Source: Vulcanimicrobiota bacterium
Lineage (GTDB): Bacteria; Vulcanimicrobiota; Xenobia; Xenobiales; JADMJV01
DNA: 64,000 bases
Reading direction: 5' to 3'
NCBI GenBank assembly: GCA_050250895.1
Contig: JBFWNU010000004.1
Location: 353,362-417,361 of the forward strand
Shown: one piece after another, positions 37,209 through 46,818 of the stretch
Layout: every line of letters starts with the position of its first letter
How positions within the stretch are numbered: position 1 is the stretch's first letter
Program-made: the position numbers and the translations under genes
The notes under the pieces: generated by a model
The model's database searches: none
What the model saw: only the letters and a program-made list of their open reading frames with translations
What the model was told of the DNA's origin: nothing

Positions 37209-37235
37209 AAAAAGTTCCCGATCTCGGAACTTTTT
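37209..37235. promoter_or_regulatory. Perfect 10-bp inverted repeat AAAAAGTTCC-N7-GGAACTTTTT between divergent anti-sigma and ECF sigma genes; possible operator and/or ECF -35 (GGAAC) element
   Basis: Read directly from sequence at ~37209-37235; GGAACTT is the classic ECF -35 core; a TCCAAA-like stretch lies ~16 nt downstream. Confidence 0.35.
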
Positions 37236-37273
37236 TTTGGAGGATTCCAAAAGTGGCCGCATAACCCGGGCGA

Positions 37274-37816
37274 GTGAGCGACACTTTCAACGACGAGGCG
37301 CTGACCCACTCCGAAGCCCTGTACCGCTTCGCGCGGCGGCTTTGTCGTTTGCCGGCCGACGCCGAAGACTTGCTCCAAGAAACCTTCCTCAAGGCCTATC
37401 GCTCCTTTCACCAGTACACTCCCGGCACGAACTGCAAGTCGTGGCTGTTTCGCATCATGCACAACTGCCACCGCCAGAAGTGGCGCAAAGCCGAAACCCG
37501 AGCCACCCATGTGGCCATCGAGCAAGAGGGCGGTGAATTCGTGCTGCACAACTACATGCTCGAAAAAGACGAGACCTATCGAGACAATCCCGAAAAGCGG
37601 CTACTCGACCGCTTGCCCTCGGCCGCCATGCAAAAGGCTCTCGAAGAATTGCCCGAAGAGTACCGCACCACGCTGTTGCTGTGCGACGTCGAGCAGATGT
37701 CGTATCAAGAAGTGGCCGATCTGCTGGAGGTGCCGATCGGCACGGTCCGCTCGCGACTCAACCGGGCTCGCGGCCGGCTGCAGCGAAGGCTCATGCAACT
37801 GCAATCACTCGAGTAG
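37274..37816 (+). CDS. ECF-type RNA polymerase sigma-70 factor
   Basis: 180 aa; region 2 LLQETFLKAYRSF, region 4 HTH YQEVADLLEVPIGTVRSRLNRAR; apparent GTG start. Confidence 0.9.
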   Translation: MSDTFNDEALTHSEALYRFARRLCRLPADAEDLLQETFLKAYRSFHQYTPGTNCKSWLFRIMHNCHRQKWRKAETRATHVAIEQEGGEFVLHNYMLEKDETYRDNPEKRLLDRLPSAAMQKALEELPEEYRTTLLLCDVEQMSYQEVADLLEVPIGTVRSRLNRARGRLQRRLMQLQSLE

Positions 37817-40264
37817 TTCACCCTCTTCTTCCTCGACGTAGGGCGGCAAAGCGATCGAGAAGGTGGCTCCCCGATCGGGTTGCGAGCGCAAGGCCAGACT
37901 GCCGCCATTGCGTTCGACCAGTTCCAGGCTGACCGAAAGCCCGAGACCGGTGCCCTGGCCGACATCCTTGGTGGTGAAGAAAGGGTCGAAAATACGGTCT
38001 TGCAGCTCGGGCGCCACCCCCGGACCGGTGTCGACCACCTCGAGCAAGACCCTCTCCCCGTCAAAGCGCGAAAAGACCGTGACCAGGGTGTCGGAGGCTT
38101 CGGGCAAAAGCACGGCGTCCTTAGCATTGATGATCAGGTTGGTCAGGACCTGTTGGAGCTCGGTGCGGTTGGCGCGAACCAGCGGAACCTCGGAGAGCCG
38201 CTTCTCCAGGCGGACCCCCAGCTTGACCACTTGAGGGCCGATGAGGGCCAGAGTGTCGCTGAGCACCTGGTTGGGATCGACGGTCTGCTGTTCAGAGGGT
38301 GCCCGGCGTGAATAGACGAGCAGCTTGGAGATGATCTCGCGGGCGCCTTTGGCCGCTTCTTCGGCCACCGCCAGCTTCTTGTCGGCTGGTCCGAGGTTGC
38401 CCTTTTTGATGTTGATCCGCACCGATTGGACGGCCAACAGGATGGCCGCCAACGGCGAGTTGATCTCATGGGCCACCCCGGCCGCCAGCTGCCCGATGGC
38501 GGCCATCTTCGAGGATTGCACCAACTGAGCTTGCGATTCTTCCAACTCTTGATTGGTAGCCAGAACCTGCTGATAGAGACGACTGTTGGTGCAGACCGCG
38601 GCCGCGTGGTAGGCCAGGGTCATCAGCACGTCCTGATCATTGCGGGAAAAGGCGTTGGGCGTGGGCGAGGTTAGCGTGACGATACCCTCGACCCGGTCCT
38701 CGGACAGGATCGGCACCACCAGCACCCCTTTGGCGCCGGCCGTCGGCTGGCCAAAGCGAGACGTCTGGATATCTTCAAAGAGCAAAGGGCAGCCCTGCGT
38801 GGTGGCTGCCTGCAGCAACCCCTCGAGCGCAGGGGTCCAGCGAACCGAGTCGGGCCAATGCAGACGCAACGAGCGTTCGTCGCTCAAGAGCACGATGCAG
38901 CCAGCCTGGTGATGAGGCACCAACCCTCGGGCCAGCCGCTGGAGCCGGTCGAGCAGGGCGGCCGGGTCGAGGGTCGAGGCCATCTCTCCCGAGGCCGCCA
39001 GCATCGCCGCCAGGCGCTCGTTCCACAAGGAAAGATTCTGGTTGGCCTCCGCCTGCGAAGTCAGGGCCGTGCCCAGCTCTTCGGACCGGCGGGCCGAGAC
39101 CAGCGCTGGCACCACCTGGTCGGCCAGCAGTGCCAGCAGGTTCAGTTCGGCCCGCTCGAAACGCTCGCGGTGAATCTTGCCACAATAGAGCACCCCCACC
39201 CGAAACAGCGGCAGAGCCACCGCGCTTTGCTCGTCGTCGAAAAGGCGCGGACCGGCCAGGTGGTGTGGCTTGGTCAAGAGCACCTTGCGCTCTTGCCAGC
39301 ACTGCAACACGATGGGTTCGTGGGTATCGAGCAGTTCGAAGCTCTCGAGCTTCTCGCGGTGGCGGCTCTTCCAGCCCTTGGGCACCAGTCGCTCTGCCTC
39401 TTCCAGAAAGATGACGGCACTGTCGCAGCGCACCACCCGCTGAGCCATGGTGACGGCCATCTCGATGGTCGCCTCGAGCCCCGGTCCGCGGGCCAGTTCG
39501 GCCGCCAACTGGTCGAGCAGGGCACGCTCTTCATACTTCTCGCTCAAAGTTCGCTGGGTCACGTTGAGGGCGTTGCCCAGCTTTTCAGCCTGCCGCTCGG
39601 CTGCCTCCTGGCGTTGCTTGAGCAGGCGGCGGGTCAGGGTTTCGACCTCGCTGGTGACGAAGCGGCCGAAGCGAACCCCCGACATCAGGATGGGCATGGT
39701 GGCTAGCGCCAGCCACGGCTCGGTCTGCATGCTGGTGGCGATCAGGGGAGCCAGGAGTCCCGCCCCGGCCTGGAACGGGAAGAGATTCAGCCGAATGAAA
39801 CTCTCTTGTTCGGGGTCGATGTCACCGGCTAGTTGGCCGGGCAACCACAGCATCAAGGGCGAGTAAAGGCCGAGCGCCAGGAAAGTGCGCCCCAACAAGC
39901 CCGGATCCGTGAAGAGCACCTCGGCCGGTGGCCCCGACAGCGTCAGGGCCATCAGTCCGGGCAGCAGGTCCACCAATATGTCGCGAAGTTTGGGGCCGCC
40001 ATGGAGCACGCTCTTGAGCAAGACTCCACCAACCATAAACAGGACGGCCGCTCGCAGCCCCACCCCTTCGGTGAGTGCGATGGCCAGATAGATGGGGAAA
40101 GCCAGGCTGAACAGTCCGTAGCCAGGCACCACCACAGCTCGCGCCTCGATCACCACCACAGCGATGAGATAGGCGTAAAGGAGAACCGAGGAGGTGGGAT
40201 TTGTGCCGACCCAGAGGTCGAAAGCGCCCAGAACCAGGCAAAGCAGCAGGGCTGGGCGTTCCAA
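37805..40264 (-). CDS. Sensor histidine kinase with N-terminal membrane domain and GAF-like segments
   Basis: 819 aa; hydrophobic N-terminal third; HisKA phospho-acceptor box AAGVAHEINSPLAAI; HATPase_c G-boxes (DTGPGV, GTGLGLS); 12-nt convergent overlap with sigma gene end. Confidence 0.85.
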   Translation of the reverse strand: MERPALLLCLVLGAFDLWVGTNPTSSVLLYAYLIAVVVIEARAVVVPGYGLFSLAFPIYLAIALTEGVGLRAAVLFMVGGVLLKSVLHGGPKLRDILVDLLPGLMALTLSGPPAEVLFTDPGLLGRTFLALGLYSPLMLWLPGQLAGDIDPEQESFIRLNLFPFQAGAGLLAPLIATSMQTEPWLALATMPILMSGVRFGRFVTSEVETLTRRLLKQRQEAAERQAEKLGNALNVTQRTLSEKYEERALLDQLAAELARGPGLEATIEMAVTMAQRVVRCDSAVIFLEEAERLVPKGWKSRHREKLESFELLDTHEPIVLQCWQERKVLLTKPHHLAGPRLFDDEQSAVALPLFRVGVLYCGKIHRERFERAELNLLALLADQVVPALVSARRSEELGTALTSQAEANQNLSLWNERLAAMLAASGEMASTLDPAALLDRLQRLARGLVPHHQAGCIVLLSDERSLRLHWPDSVRWTPALEGLLQAATTQGCPLLFEDIQTSRFGQPTAGAKGVLVVPILSEDRVEGIVTLTSPTPNAFSRNDQDVLMTLAYHAAAVCTNSRLYQQVLATNQELEESQAQLVQSSKMAAIGQLAAGVAHEINSPLAAILLAVQSVRINIKKGNLGPADKKLAVAEEAAKGAREIISKLLVYSRRAPSEQQTVDPNQVLSDTLALIGPQVVKLGVRLEKRLSEVPLVRANRTELQQVLTNLIINAKDAVLLPEASDTLVTVFSRFDGERVLLEVVDTGPGVAPELQDRIFDPFFTTKDVGQGTGLGLSVSLELVERNGGSLALRSQPDRGATFSIALPPYVEEEEGELLE

Positions 40265-40269
40265 GGCCG

Positions 40270-40578
40270 CTAAGGCGCCCCGAAATCACCGGGTGTGGCG
40301 AGAATGTGCATGGCGCGAAAAAGCTCTTCGCGCTGAATGCGAAAATCGACCCCCAGTTCTTGACCGCGCTTCTGCAGGTCCTGACGCAACTTCAACAGGT
40401 TGAAGGAGTCGCAATTCGAGGACTCGGCAAAAAGAAGAAGTCCCCCGCGGGCCTGCTCGGTGCGACTGACCACCAGGCCCTGGTCGGCCAACAGACCCAG
40501 CACCCTGCTCTCGAATCCCCCTTCGCCCTTGAGGCTGAAGGCTGCGATGATCAAACTACAACCGGAACTCATAGGCAC
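40270..40578 (-). CDS. Hypothetical small protein (possible ACT-like regulatory domain)
   Basis: 102-aa ORF immediately upstream of and co-oriented with the histidine kinase. Confidence 0.35.
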   Translation of the reverse strand: MPMSSGCSLIIAAFSLKGEGGFESRVLGLLADQGLVVSRTEQARGGLLLFAESSNCDSFNLLKLRQDLQKRGQELGVDFRIQREELFRAMHILATPGDFGAP

Positions 40579-40614
40579 AGGTTCACCGCCTGCAGCGAGC
40601 CCCCTCCTCCGGCC

Positions 40615-41286
40615 TTAAGGAGCGACTTCGGTCCACACCGGCAGGCGGAAAGGCTGCCCTTTGTGCGTTCCCTCGATCCACCACGGGCCGGCCGCCTCAA
40701 CCTTGAGGTCTCCCAGCGTTTTGCCTTTGAGGTCACCCGCCTGGCCCACCCCGCCCTGGCCTTTGAATTGAAGCGACTGCTTTGCAGTTCTGACGGTCAG
40801 GGTGTAGTGTTGGCCCTGGGCCAACAACAGGTCGGCGCTGGCCCCGGTCGCCTCTTTGCCTGCCCAGCGCGGGCCGCTGCCGGCCTCGGCCTTGAGGGAC
40901 CGCAGGGCTGACACCAGCCCGGTCAGGGGAACGGGCAGGTCCCGGCGACCCTGCTCCCAGCTGTAGTCACGCCGGCTGCCAGCAGACTGATAAACCAGAG
41001 AGGTGGTCATATTGGCGTATTGCCTGAGCTGGATGCCTTCTGCCGCTTTGAGACAGTTCAGCACCTTTTGCAGCTGGGTCTTGTCCACTTTGCCCAGATA
41101 GGTCCGGGTGGCGTGCCCCGGCGTCACCATCGTAGTCTTGAAAAGCGAGCCATCCGAGCGCAGTTCCGTTCCGCCTCCCCCACCGGTGATTCCCCCGGCG
41201 GTGGTCAGCGTGATCCGCCACGGTTCCTCGGCCAATCCGGGCACGGCGCACAGCAAGAGCAGAACTATTCCTAGTCTCGTTCGCAT
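40615..41286 (-). CDS. Hypothetical secreted protein
   Basis: 223 aa; signal peptide-like MRTRLGIVLLLLCAVPGLAEEP. Confidence 0.5.
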   Translation of the reverse strand: MRTRLGIVLLLLCAVPGLAEEPWRITLTTAGGITGGGGGTELRSDGSLFKTTMVTPGHATRTYLGKVDKTQLQKVLNCLKAAEGIQLRQYANMTTSLVYQSAGSRRDYSWEQGRRDLPVPLTGLVSALRSLKAEAGSGPRWAGKEATGASADLLLAQGQHYTLTVRTAKQSLQFKGQGGVGQAGDLKGKTLGDLKVEAAGPWWIEGTHKGQPFRLPVWTEVAP

Positions 41287-41399
41287 CAGTCATGCTTCTG
41301 GCGGCTAGCGGGACCTCCTGTGAGGCCACCCGCCTGATACGATCTCGATGAAGTCTGGCCGGGCCAGGATTCTGGCCCTGGTCAGGAATATCAAGAACC

Positions 41400-42098
41400 A
41401 TGCCAAACTTCTCGCAAGTTCCCCCGCACGCCTCGGGTCGCCTGGGCAAGTTGCTGCTCATCGAAGACAACCCCGAACTCTCGCGCTTGCTAGAAGCCTA
41501 TCTGAGCAAGCAGGGCTTCGAACTCGAGGCCGTGGACGAGGGGGACGGAGTGCTCGAGCAACTCAAGCAGGGCTATGACCTGATTCTGCTCGACTTGCTC
41601 TTGCCCGGCATTAGCGGCATGGAAGTCATCAAGCGAGTGCGCGCTCGCACGCCCCTGCCCATCCTGGTGATCTCGGCTTGCGCGGCGGGCGAGGACCGGG
41701 TCAAGGCTCTCGACCTGGGGGCCGACGACTACCTGGTGAAGCCGTTCCTGCCGGCCGAACTGGTGGCTCGGGTGCGGGCCCTCTTAAGACGAACCCGAAC
41801 GGTCCAGCCCTCAGCTTATGAGTCGGTGCTCGAGATCGATCCGGCCAGTCGCGAGGTCCGCCTGCTGGGGCAGCCCGTCGATCTCACCGAGCGCGAGCGC
41901 GAATTACTGATGGTGCTGGCCTCCGAGCCGGGTCGAAACTTTACCCGAGCCGAACTGCTGGAGCGAATCTGGGGAGGCACCCAGGATACCCGTCGCGTCG
42001 ACCTCTACATCAGCCGCATTCGAGCCAAGTTGCGGCTACCAGGCGACCAGGAGTTCGTCCATTCCATCTACGGAGTAGGCTATCGCTTTGGCCAGTGA
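41400..42098 (+). CDS. OmpR-family response regulator
   Basis: Receiver LLLIEDN ... LILLDLLLPG ... LVKPF followed by winged-helix output (LTERERELL ... VYGVGYRF). Confidence 0.9.
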   Translation: MPNFSQVPPHASGRLGKLLLIEDNPELSRLLEAYLSKQGFELEAVDEGDGVLEQLKQGYDLILLDLLLPGISGMEVIKRVRARTPLPILVISACAAGEDRVKALDLGADDYLVKPFLPAELVARVRALLRRTRTVQPSAYESVLEIDPASREVRLLGQPVDLTERERELLMVLASEPGRNFTRAELLERIWGGTQDTRRVDLYISRIRAKLRLPGDQEFVHSIYGVGYRFGQ

Positions 42099-42110
42099 GA
42101 AGTCCGTCCC

Positions 42111-43475
42111 GTGCGCCTGAAAAACTTGCTGACCCTGGCTCTGGTCGCCTTGAGCCTGCTGGTCCTTGCCATCTACAGCGCCCTGTTCCGGAATACCGGG
42201 CTGGCCGACGCCCAGGGACCGCCCCCCGTGGTCTTTCATTTTCCCAACAGCCGTGAGGTCCATCTGGCCGAGCAACACCGGTGGCCCGAGCTACGCCACC
42301 ATCTCGGCACGGTCCCCTGGCCCCCCGACACCGCGGCTGCCTACCAGCCTCTGGCGGGCGAGCGGATTCAGCTTCGGCACTTCGTGGATGACTTTCCTCA
42401 GAATCTCATCGACCGCTCGGATGAGGCGGGAACCTGGTTGCTCGAGGTCCACCCCGACTTCGTCTATCAGGTGTTTCCCATTCATCGCGACGGTCGATTG
42501 GATGGACACGTGCTGGTCCATCTCACGCCCGGCCCGCGCTTCAACGAGCACCGGCGTCCCGCCATGGTCACGGCTCGTTGGGCCAGCGCGACGGTGGCCT
42601 TGCTGGTCTGCCTGATGATGGTGCAGCTGGCCAGCCGCCGCTCGGCCGTTCGCCTGGAAGAGCTGGCCCAGGCCGCTCTCAGTCTCTCGGCCGGCCAGCG
42701 CCGGCGCCTGGACCCGCCCCGAGTCCCCCTCGAGTTAGCCCAGTTGGGAGAGGCCTTCAACACCATGAGCGACCAGCTCGAAGAGCGTATGGCGCGGTTG
42801 GTGGAAGCTCGCCAGGCGGCCGAAGAGGCCGATCGATTGCGGCGGGACTTCATCGCCGATATCGCCCACGGCATCGGCACCCCCCTGGCCTCGATCCACC
42901 TGAGACTGCAGTCTCTAGGCTCCCTTACACCGAGCGAGCGCAGCCAGGCCGAGAAGAAGTTGCTGCGCGACATCGCCTGGGTCAGCCAGGCCTCGCGGCG
43001 ACTGCTCGACCTATCGGTGTGGGAGACGGTCGAGCCCGAACTGCGTCTGACCGAGTTCGACCTGATGCAGCCGGTCATGGAGACCATCGAGACCCTCGAA
43101 GAACCGTTGCTCGAGGCCGGCATGGAGCTCGACCTCAAAGATCTGCGCGCTCTGCAGGTCCGGGCCGACCTCGGGGCGGTGCGCGAGATTCTGGTGGCCT
43201 TGCTCGAGAACTGTGTCAAACACTCGGGAGGAAATTGTCGTTTGCTGGTCAGGGCCGAAGAGAGCGAGGGTCAGGTCGAGGTGACCATCCGGGACGAAGG
43301 GGTGGGAATGGGCGAAGAGCAGCTGAGTCGGGCCGCTCAACGCCACTACACCACCGGCGGCAGCGGATTGGGTCTGGCCATCGCCCGCCGCCTCGTCGAG
43401 GCCCATGGCAGCCGCCTATCGATCACCAGTGCTCCCGGCCAGGGGGTGGAGTTTCGCTTTCGCCTAGATTCTTAG
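42111..43475 (+). CDS. Sensor histidine kinase (TM-HAMP-HisKA-HATPase_c)
   Basis: Two hydrophobic segments, HisKA box FIADIAHGIGTPLASI, ATP-binding boxes DEGVGM and GGSGLGLAI; 13 nt after the response-regulator stop. Confidence 0.9.
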   Translation: MRLKNLLTLALVALSLLVLAIYSALFRNTGLADAQGPPPVVFHFPNSREVHLAEQHRWPELRHHLGTVPWPPDTAAAYQPLAGERIQLRHFVDDFPQNLIDRSDEAGTWLLEVHPDFVYQVFPIHRDGRLDGHVLVHLTPGPRFNEHRRPAMVTARWASATVALLVCLMMVQLASRRSAVRLEELAQAALSLSAGQRRRLDPPRVPLELAQLGEAFNTMSDQLEERMARLVEARQAAEEADRLRRDFIADIAHGIGTPLASIHLRLQSLGSLTPSERSQAEKKLLRDIAWVSQASRRLLDLSVWETVEPELRLTEFDLMQPVMETIETLEEPLLEAGMELDLKDLRALQVRADLGAVREILVALLENCVKHSGGNCRLLVRAEESEGQVEVTIRDEGVGMGEEQLSRAAQRHYTTGGSGLGLAIARRLVEAHGSRLSITSAPGQGVEFRFRLDS

Positions 43476-45995
43476 CTTGACCACGGTGACGCCCCAGCCC
43501 CCCTCGTGGACTTCGCCTAAGCGATAGTCGGCCACCAGGGTGTGCTGACGCAGGTGGCTCTGGACGGCATTGCGCAAAGCGCCGGTCCCCTTGCCGTGAA
43601 TGACTTCGAGCTTGTCCGAGCGGGCCATGGCAGCGGCGTCGAGATAACGGTCTAGCTCGAAGAGAGCCTCGTCGACGGTGAGCCCGCGCAGGTCGACCCG
43701 GGTCGAGACCTTATCGCGACCGCTCTCGGGCAGGCGGATCTGGGTGGCCTCGCGGCGAGCCTCGATCACCTCCAGGTCATCGCGGTCGACGGTCATGCGA
43801 ACGGCGCCCAGCCGGACCTCGACCCGGTCGCCCTTGTGCGAGATGACCTCGCCGTCTTGCCCGTAGCGGCGGGCGTAGACGGCCGTGCCGGGCTCGAGCG
43901 GAGCACTCGCGTCCGCCGGCTTGGGAGCAGGTCGGTAGGGAGCCAACTGCTCGTCGAGTTGAGCCAGGGCGGCCTCGACCTGGCGGGCCTCGCGGCGGGC
44001 GACTTCGTCGACCACGTCCTCGTCCGGTTCGGGCTCGGCCGGGGTTTCGGTGGTGGCGAACTGCTCGTCAAAGCCCTCCTCTTCGGCCTCTTCCAGGGGA
44101 GCTTCCAACTCCTCCTGGCTCGGTTCTGGGGGCGGCTCGACCCGTTGAGCCAATTCTTCGGTCAACTGGCGGGCCTGCTCGAGAGCGTCCCGGCGAGCCT
44201 GACCCAGAGCTTTCATGCGGGTGCGAAAGTCTTGCAGCAAGCCGGTGACCTTCTTGCGGGCATCTTCCACCAGGCGTCCGGCCTCGACCGAGGCCTCGGC
44301 CAGCAGTCGTTCGCGCTCGTCGCGAGCGGCTCGCATCTTCTCTTCATAGGCCCGGCGCAGCTCCGACAGCTCGCGATTCTCGACCTCGAGCCGCCCTTCC
44401 AGAGCCCGCACGGCGTCGCGTTCGTGCTCGAGATCGTCGAGCAACCCCTCCACCCCGGCATGGTCCTGGCCCAGGTGCTCGCGAGCCCGCCGCAGCACTT
44501 CTCGAGGCAATCCCAGGCGGTCGGCGATGGCCAGAGCGTTGGAGCGGCCGGGAATGCCCATCAAAATGCGAAAGGTCGGCGATAGGCTGGCGGCGTCGAA
44601 CTCGACAGCCGCATTCTGAAAGCCCGGGGTCTGAGCGGCGTGGACCTTGAGTTGGGATAGATGAGTGGTCAGCACCGTCAGCCCGCCCTGGGCGTTGAGA
44701 TAGTCGAGCAGGGCGATGCCCAGCGCGCTGCCCTCGGCCGGGTCGGTGCCCGCCCCCAGTTCGTCGAGCAGGACCAGAGTGCGGGGGCCCGATTGGGGTA
44801 GGATGCGCAAAATCTGGGTGAGGTGGGCGGAAAAGGTCGATAGGCTCTGGGCGATGCTCTGCTCGTCGCCGATGTCGGCCCAGACGCCCGTCAGTAAAGG
44901 CACGGTGGTGCCCGAACTGGCGGGGATGGGCATGCCGCACAGCGCCATCACGGCCAGCAAGCCCACCGTCTTGAGCCCCACCGTCTTGCCCCCCGTGTTG
45001 GGACCGGTGATGACCAGGGTGGTGAAACCGTCACCCACTTCGATCGAGATCGGCACGCAGTCTCGCCCCAGCAACGGATGGCGGGCGTTGACCAGGCGCA
45101 GGGCGCAATCCTCTTTGACCTCGGGCAGGTTGGCCCCCGCCTCGACGGCGTAACGAGCCAGGGCCAGGATAGCATCGAGATAGCCGAGGGTGTTGGCCAC
45201 CTCGAGCAGCCGATGGCTCTCTTCCCCCACCCGGCCCGAGAGGCCGGCCAGCACGGCCTCGACCTCTTTCTCTTCGGCCAGCTCGGCCGAGCGCAACTTG
45301 TTGCCCAGTTCTACCACCGAGTAGGGCTCCATGAAGACCGTGGCGCCGCTGGCTGACTGGTCGATCACCAGGCCCGGAAACTGCCCTCGATGGTCGGCCT
45401 TGACCGGCACCACGTGGCGGCCGTTGCGTTGAGTGACGATGGGCTCTTGCAGTAGCCTGGCGATGTCTCCTCGACGCAAGATATTCTGCAAGGTCGACTG
45501 GACCTGACCCTCCAGGCGGCGAACCTCGAGGCGCAGCTTGCCCAGCCGCGGGCTGGCCGTGTCGAGCACCCGTTGGTCGGGCCCGATCGAATTCTTGATG
45601 GCCGACTCGAGCTTGGGAAAGGGCGTCAGAATCTCGCCGCGACCGGCCAGCCGGGGACATTGCTGGCGCTGCCCGTGCAACAGCCGCCCCGAGCGCCGCG
45701 AGGCGGCTATCAGCTCGAGCACGTCGAGCAAGACCCCCGGGCCCAGCACCGAGCCTTTAGCCGCAGCCTTGATCGGGTCGCGCACATCCTGCAGGCCGCC
45801 CAGCGTCAGGCCCGAGCCCGACTCGACCAGCTCGAGCCCCTCGGCCACTTCGGCCTGGCGTTCGCTCAGGTCGTAAAGATCGTTGCAGGGCTGGAAAGCC
45901 TCGAGGGTCTGGCGGCCGAGACTCCAATGGGTCTGGCGACAGACCAGCTCGAGCACGGCCGGAAACTCGAGCACTCTGAGGGCGTGGGAGTCCAT
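43464..45995 (-). CDS. mutS2: Endonuclease MutS2 (MutS domain plus C-terminal Smr domain)
   Basis: Frame 43464..46142 trimmed to ATG 45995 (MDSHALRVLEFPAVLELV); Walker A GPNTGGKT, Walker B LVLLDELGAGTDP, Smr domain LDLRGLTVDEA ... VIHGKGTGALR. Confidence 0.9.
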   Translation of the reverse strand: MDSHALRVLEFPAVLELVCRQTHWSLGRQTLEAFQPCNDLYDLSERQAEVAEGLELVESGSGLTLGGLQDVRDPIKAAAKGSVLGPGVLLDVLELIAASRRSGRLLHGQRQQCPRLAGRGEILTPFPKLESAIKNSIGPDQRVLDTASPRLGKLRLEVRRLEGQVQSTLQNILRRGDIARLLQEPIVTQRNGRHVVPVKADHRGQFPGLVIDQSASGATVFMEPYSVVELGNKLRSAELAEEKEVEAVLAGLSGRVGEESHRLLEVANTLGYLDAILALARYAVEAGANLPEVKEDCALRLVNARHPLLGRDCVPISIEVGDGFTTLVITGPNTGGKTVGLKTVGLLAVMALCGMPIPASSGTTVPLLTGVWADIGDEQSIAQSLSTFSAHLTQILRILPQSGPRTLVLLDELGAGTDPAEGSALGIALLDYLNAQGGLTVLTTHLSQLKVHAAQTPGFQNAAVEFDAASLSPTFRILMGIPGRSNALAIADRLGLPREVLRRAREHLGQDHAGVEGLLDDLEHERDAVRALEGRLEVENRELSELRRAYEEKMRAARDERERLLAEASVEAGRLVEDARKKVTGLLQDFRTRMKALGQARRDALEQARQLTEELAQRVEPPPEPSQEELEAPLEEAEEEGFDEQFATTETPAEPEPDEDVVDEVARREARQVEAALAQLDEQLAPYRPAPKPADASAPLEPGTAVYARRYGQDGEVISHKGDRVEVRLGAVRMTVDRDDLEVIEARREATQIRLPESGRDKVSTRVDLRGLTVDEALFELDRYLDAAAMARSDKLEVIHGKGTGALRNAVQSHLRQHTLVADYRLGEVHEGGWGVTVVKLRI

Positions 45996-46033
45996 GCCCG
46001 CGATGTTCCCACTCTCGAGTTCGAATCCTTCGC

Positions 46034-46795
46034 CTAACGTCCCAGCGCCTGGCGTACCAACTGCTCTCGCTCGTGGCCGCCAGGGTGTTGCATATCGGCC
46101 TCCAGGCCGCCCAGGAACGCCAGTGCCGGAGCCGGATCGCAACCAAGCTGAGCCAACACTCCGGCGGCGAAGGCGTCGGCCTCCCGTTCGTTCTGGTGGC
46201 GACCTTCGCGCAAGACCTTGAAGCTGAGGCTCTCTAGCTGGTCGTTGCCCTGGCAGCCGGCCAGGAAGGCCTCGAGCCCGGCCACGCCCGCCTTGTCGCG
46301 ATGCTGGCGATGGCCCTCTTCGTGGGCCAGAGTGAAGAGCAAGATGGTGTCGTCGGCCATGTCGCCGGCCAGGCTGGCGGTGCCCAGATACATTTCGCGG
46401 CTGTCGGACTGGGCGTCGATGAAGCTCGACTCGAGCACCACCGGGGCCGGAAAGCTCGACTGACTGGCCTGGGCCACCTGGCTCCAGGCCTGCTCGACTC
46501 GCGGGTCCTGGCGGTGCGGTAGGCTGGAGTACTGGTCGGCCAGATTATCGGCAAAAGCGGCATCTTCGGCCTGACTCACCAGGTTCTGGCCGATCTCTTG
46601 ACTGAGGGCCGCCAGGGCCGGCACTTGGCTGGCTCCGGCAGCGGCCGAAACGGCCAGGACCATCTGTTGGAAACGACGCGCCTGGTTACTCGGTTCGAAG
46701 CTATCGGCCGGCAAAGCCTCGAGCTGGTCAGCCGGGACGAGGGGACGGGCCCGTTCGCAGAAGGCGCGTTGAAACTGGAACGTGTCGATTCTCAC
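46034..46795 (-). CDS. Hypothetical HExxH protein (possible zinc metallopeptidase)
   Basis: 253-aa ORF; single HExxH motif in TLAHEEGHRQHRD; start uncertain. Confidence 0.45.
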   Translation of the reverse strand: MRIDTFQFQRAFCERARPLVPADQLEALPADSFEPSNQARRFQQMVLAVSAAAGASQVPALAALSQEIGQNLVSQAEDAAFADNLADQYSSLPHRQDPRVEQAWSQVAQASQSSFPAPVVLESSFIDAQSDSREMYLGTASLAGDMADDTILLFTLAHEEGHRQHRDKAGVAGLEAFLAGCQGNDQLESLSFKVLREGRHQNEREADAFAAGVLAQLGCDPAPALAFLGGLEADMQHPGGHEREQLVRQALGR

Positions 46796-46818
46796 ATAGC
46801 GACTCTAGGCGAGCTGGT

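Noticed and set aside
37209-37235. Palindrome read as a bidirectional rho-independent terminator
   Set aside because: It lies between two divergent gene starts rather than after gene ends; a promoter or operator role fits the position better (reported as such).
44950-45000. Apparent tandem duplication in mutS2 (protein GGKTVGLKTVGL)
   Set aside because: Corresponds to the normal MutS2 P-loop region (GPNTGGKTVxLKTxGL in homologues), not an inserted repeat.
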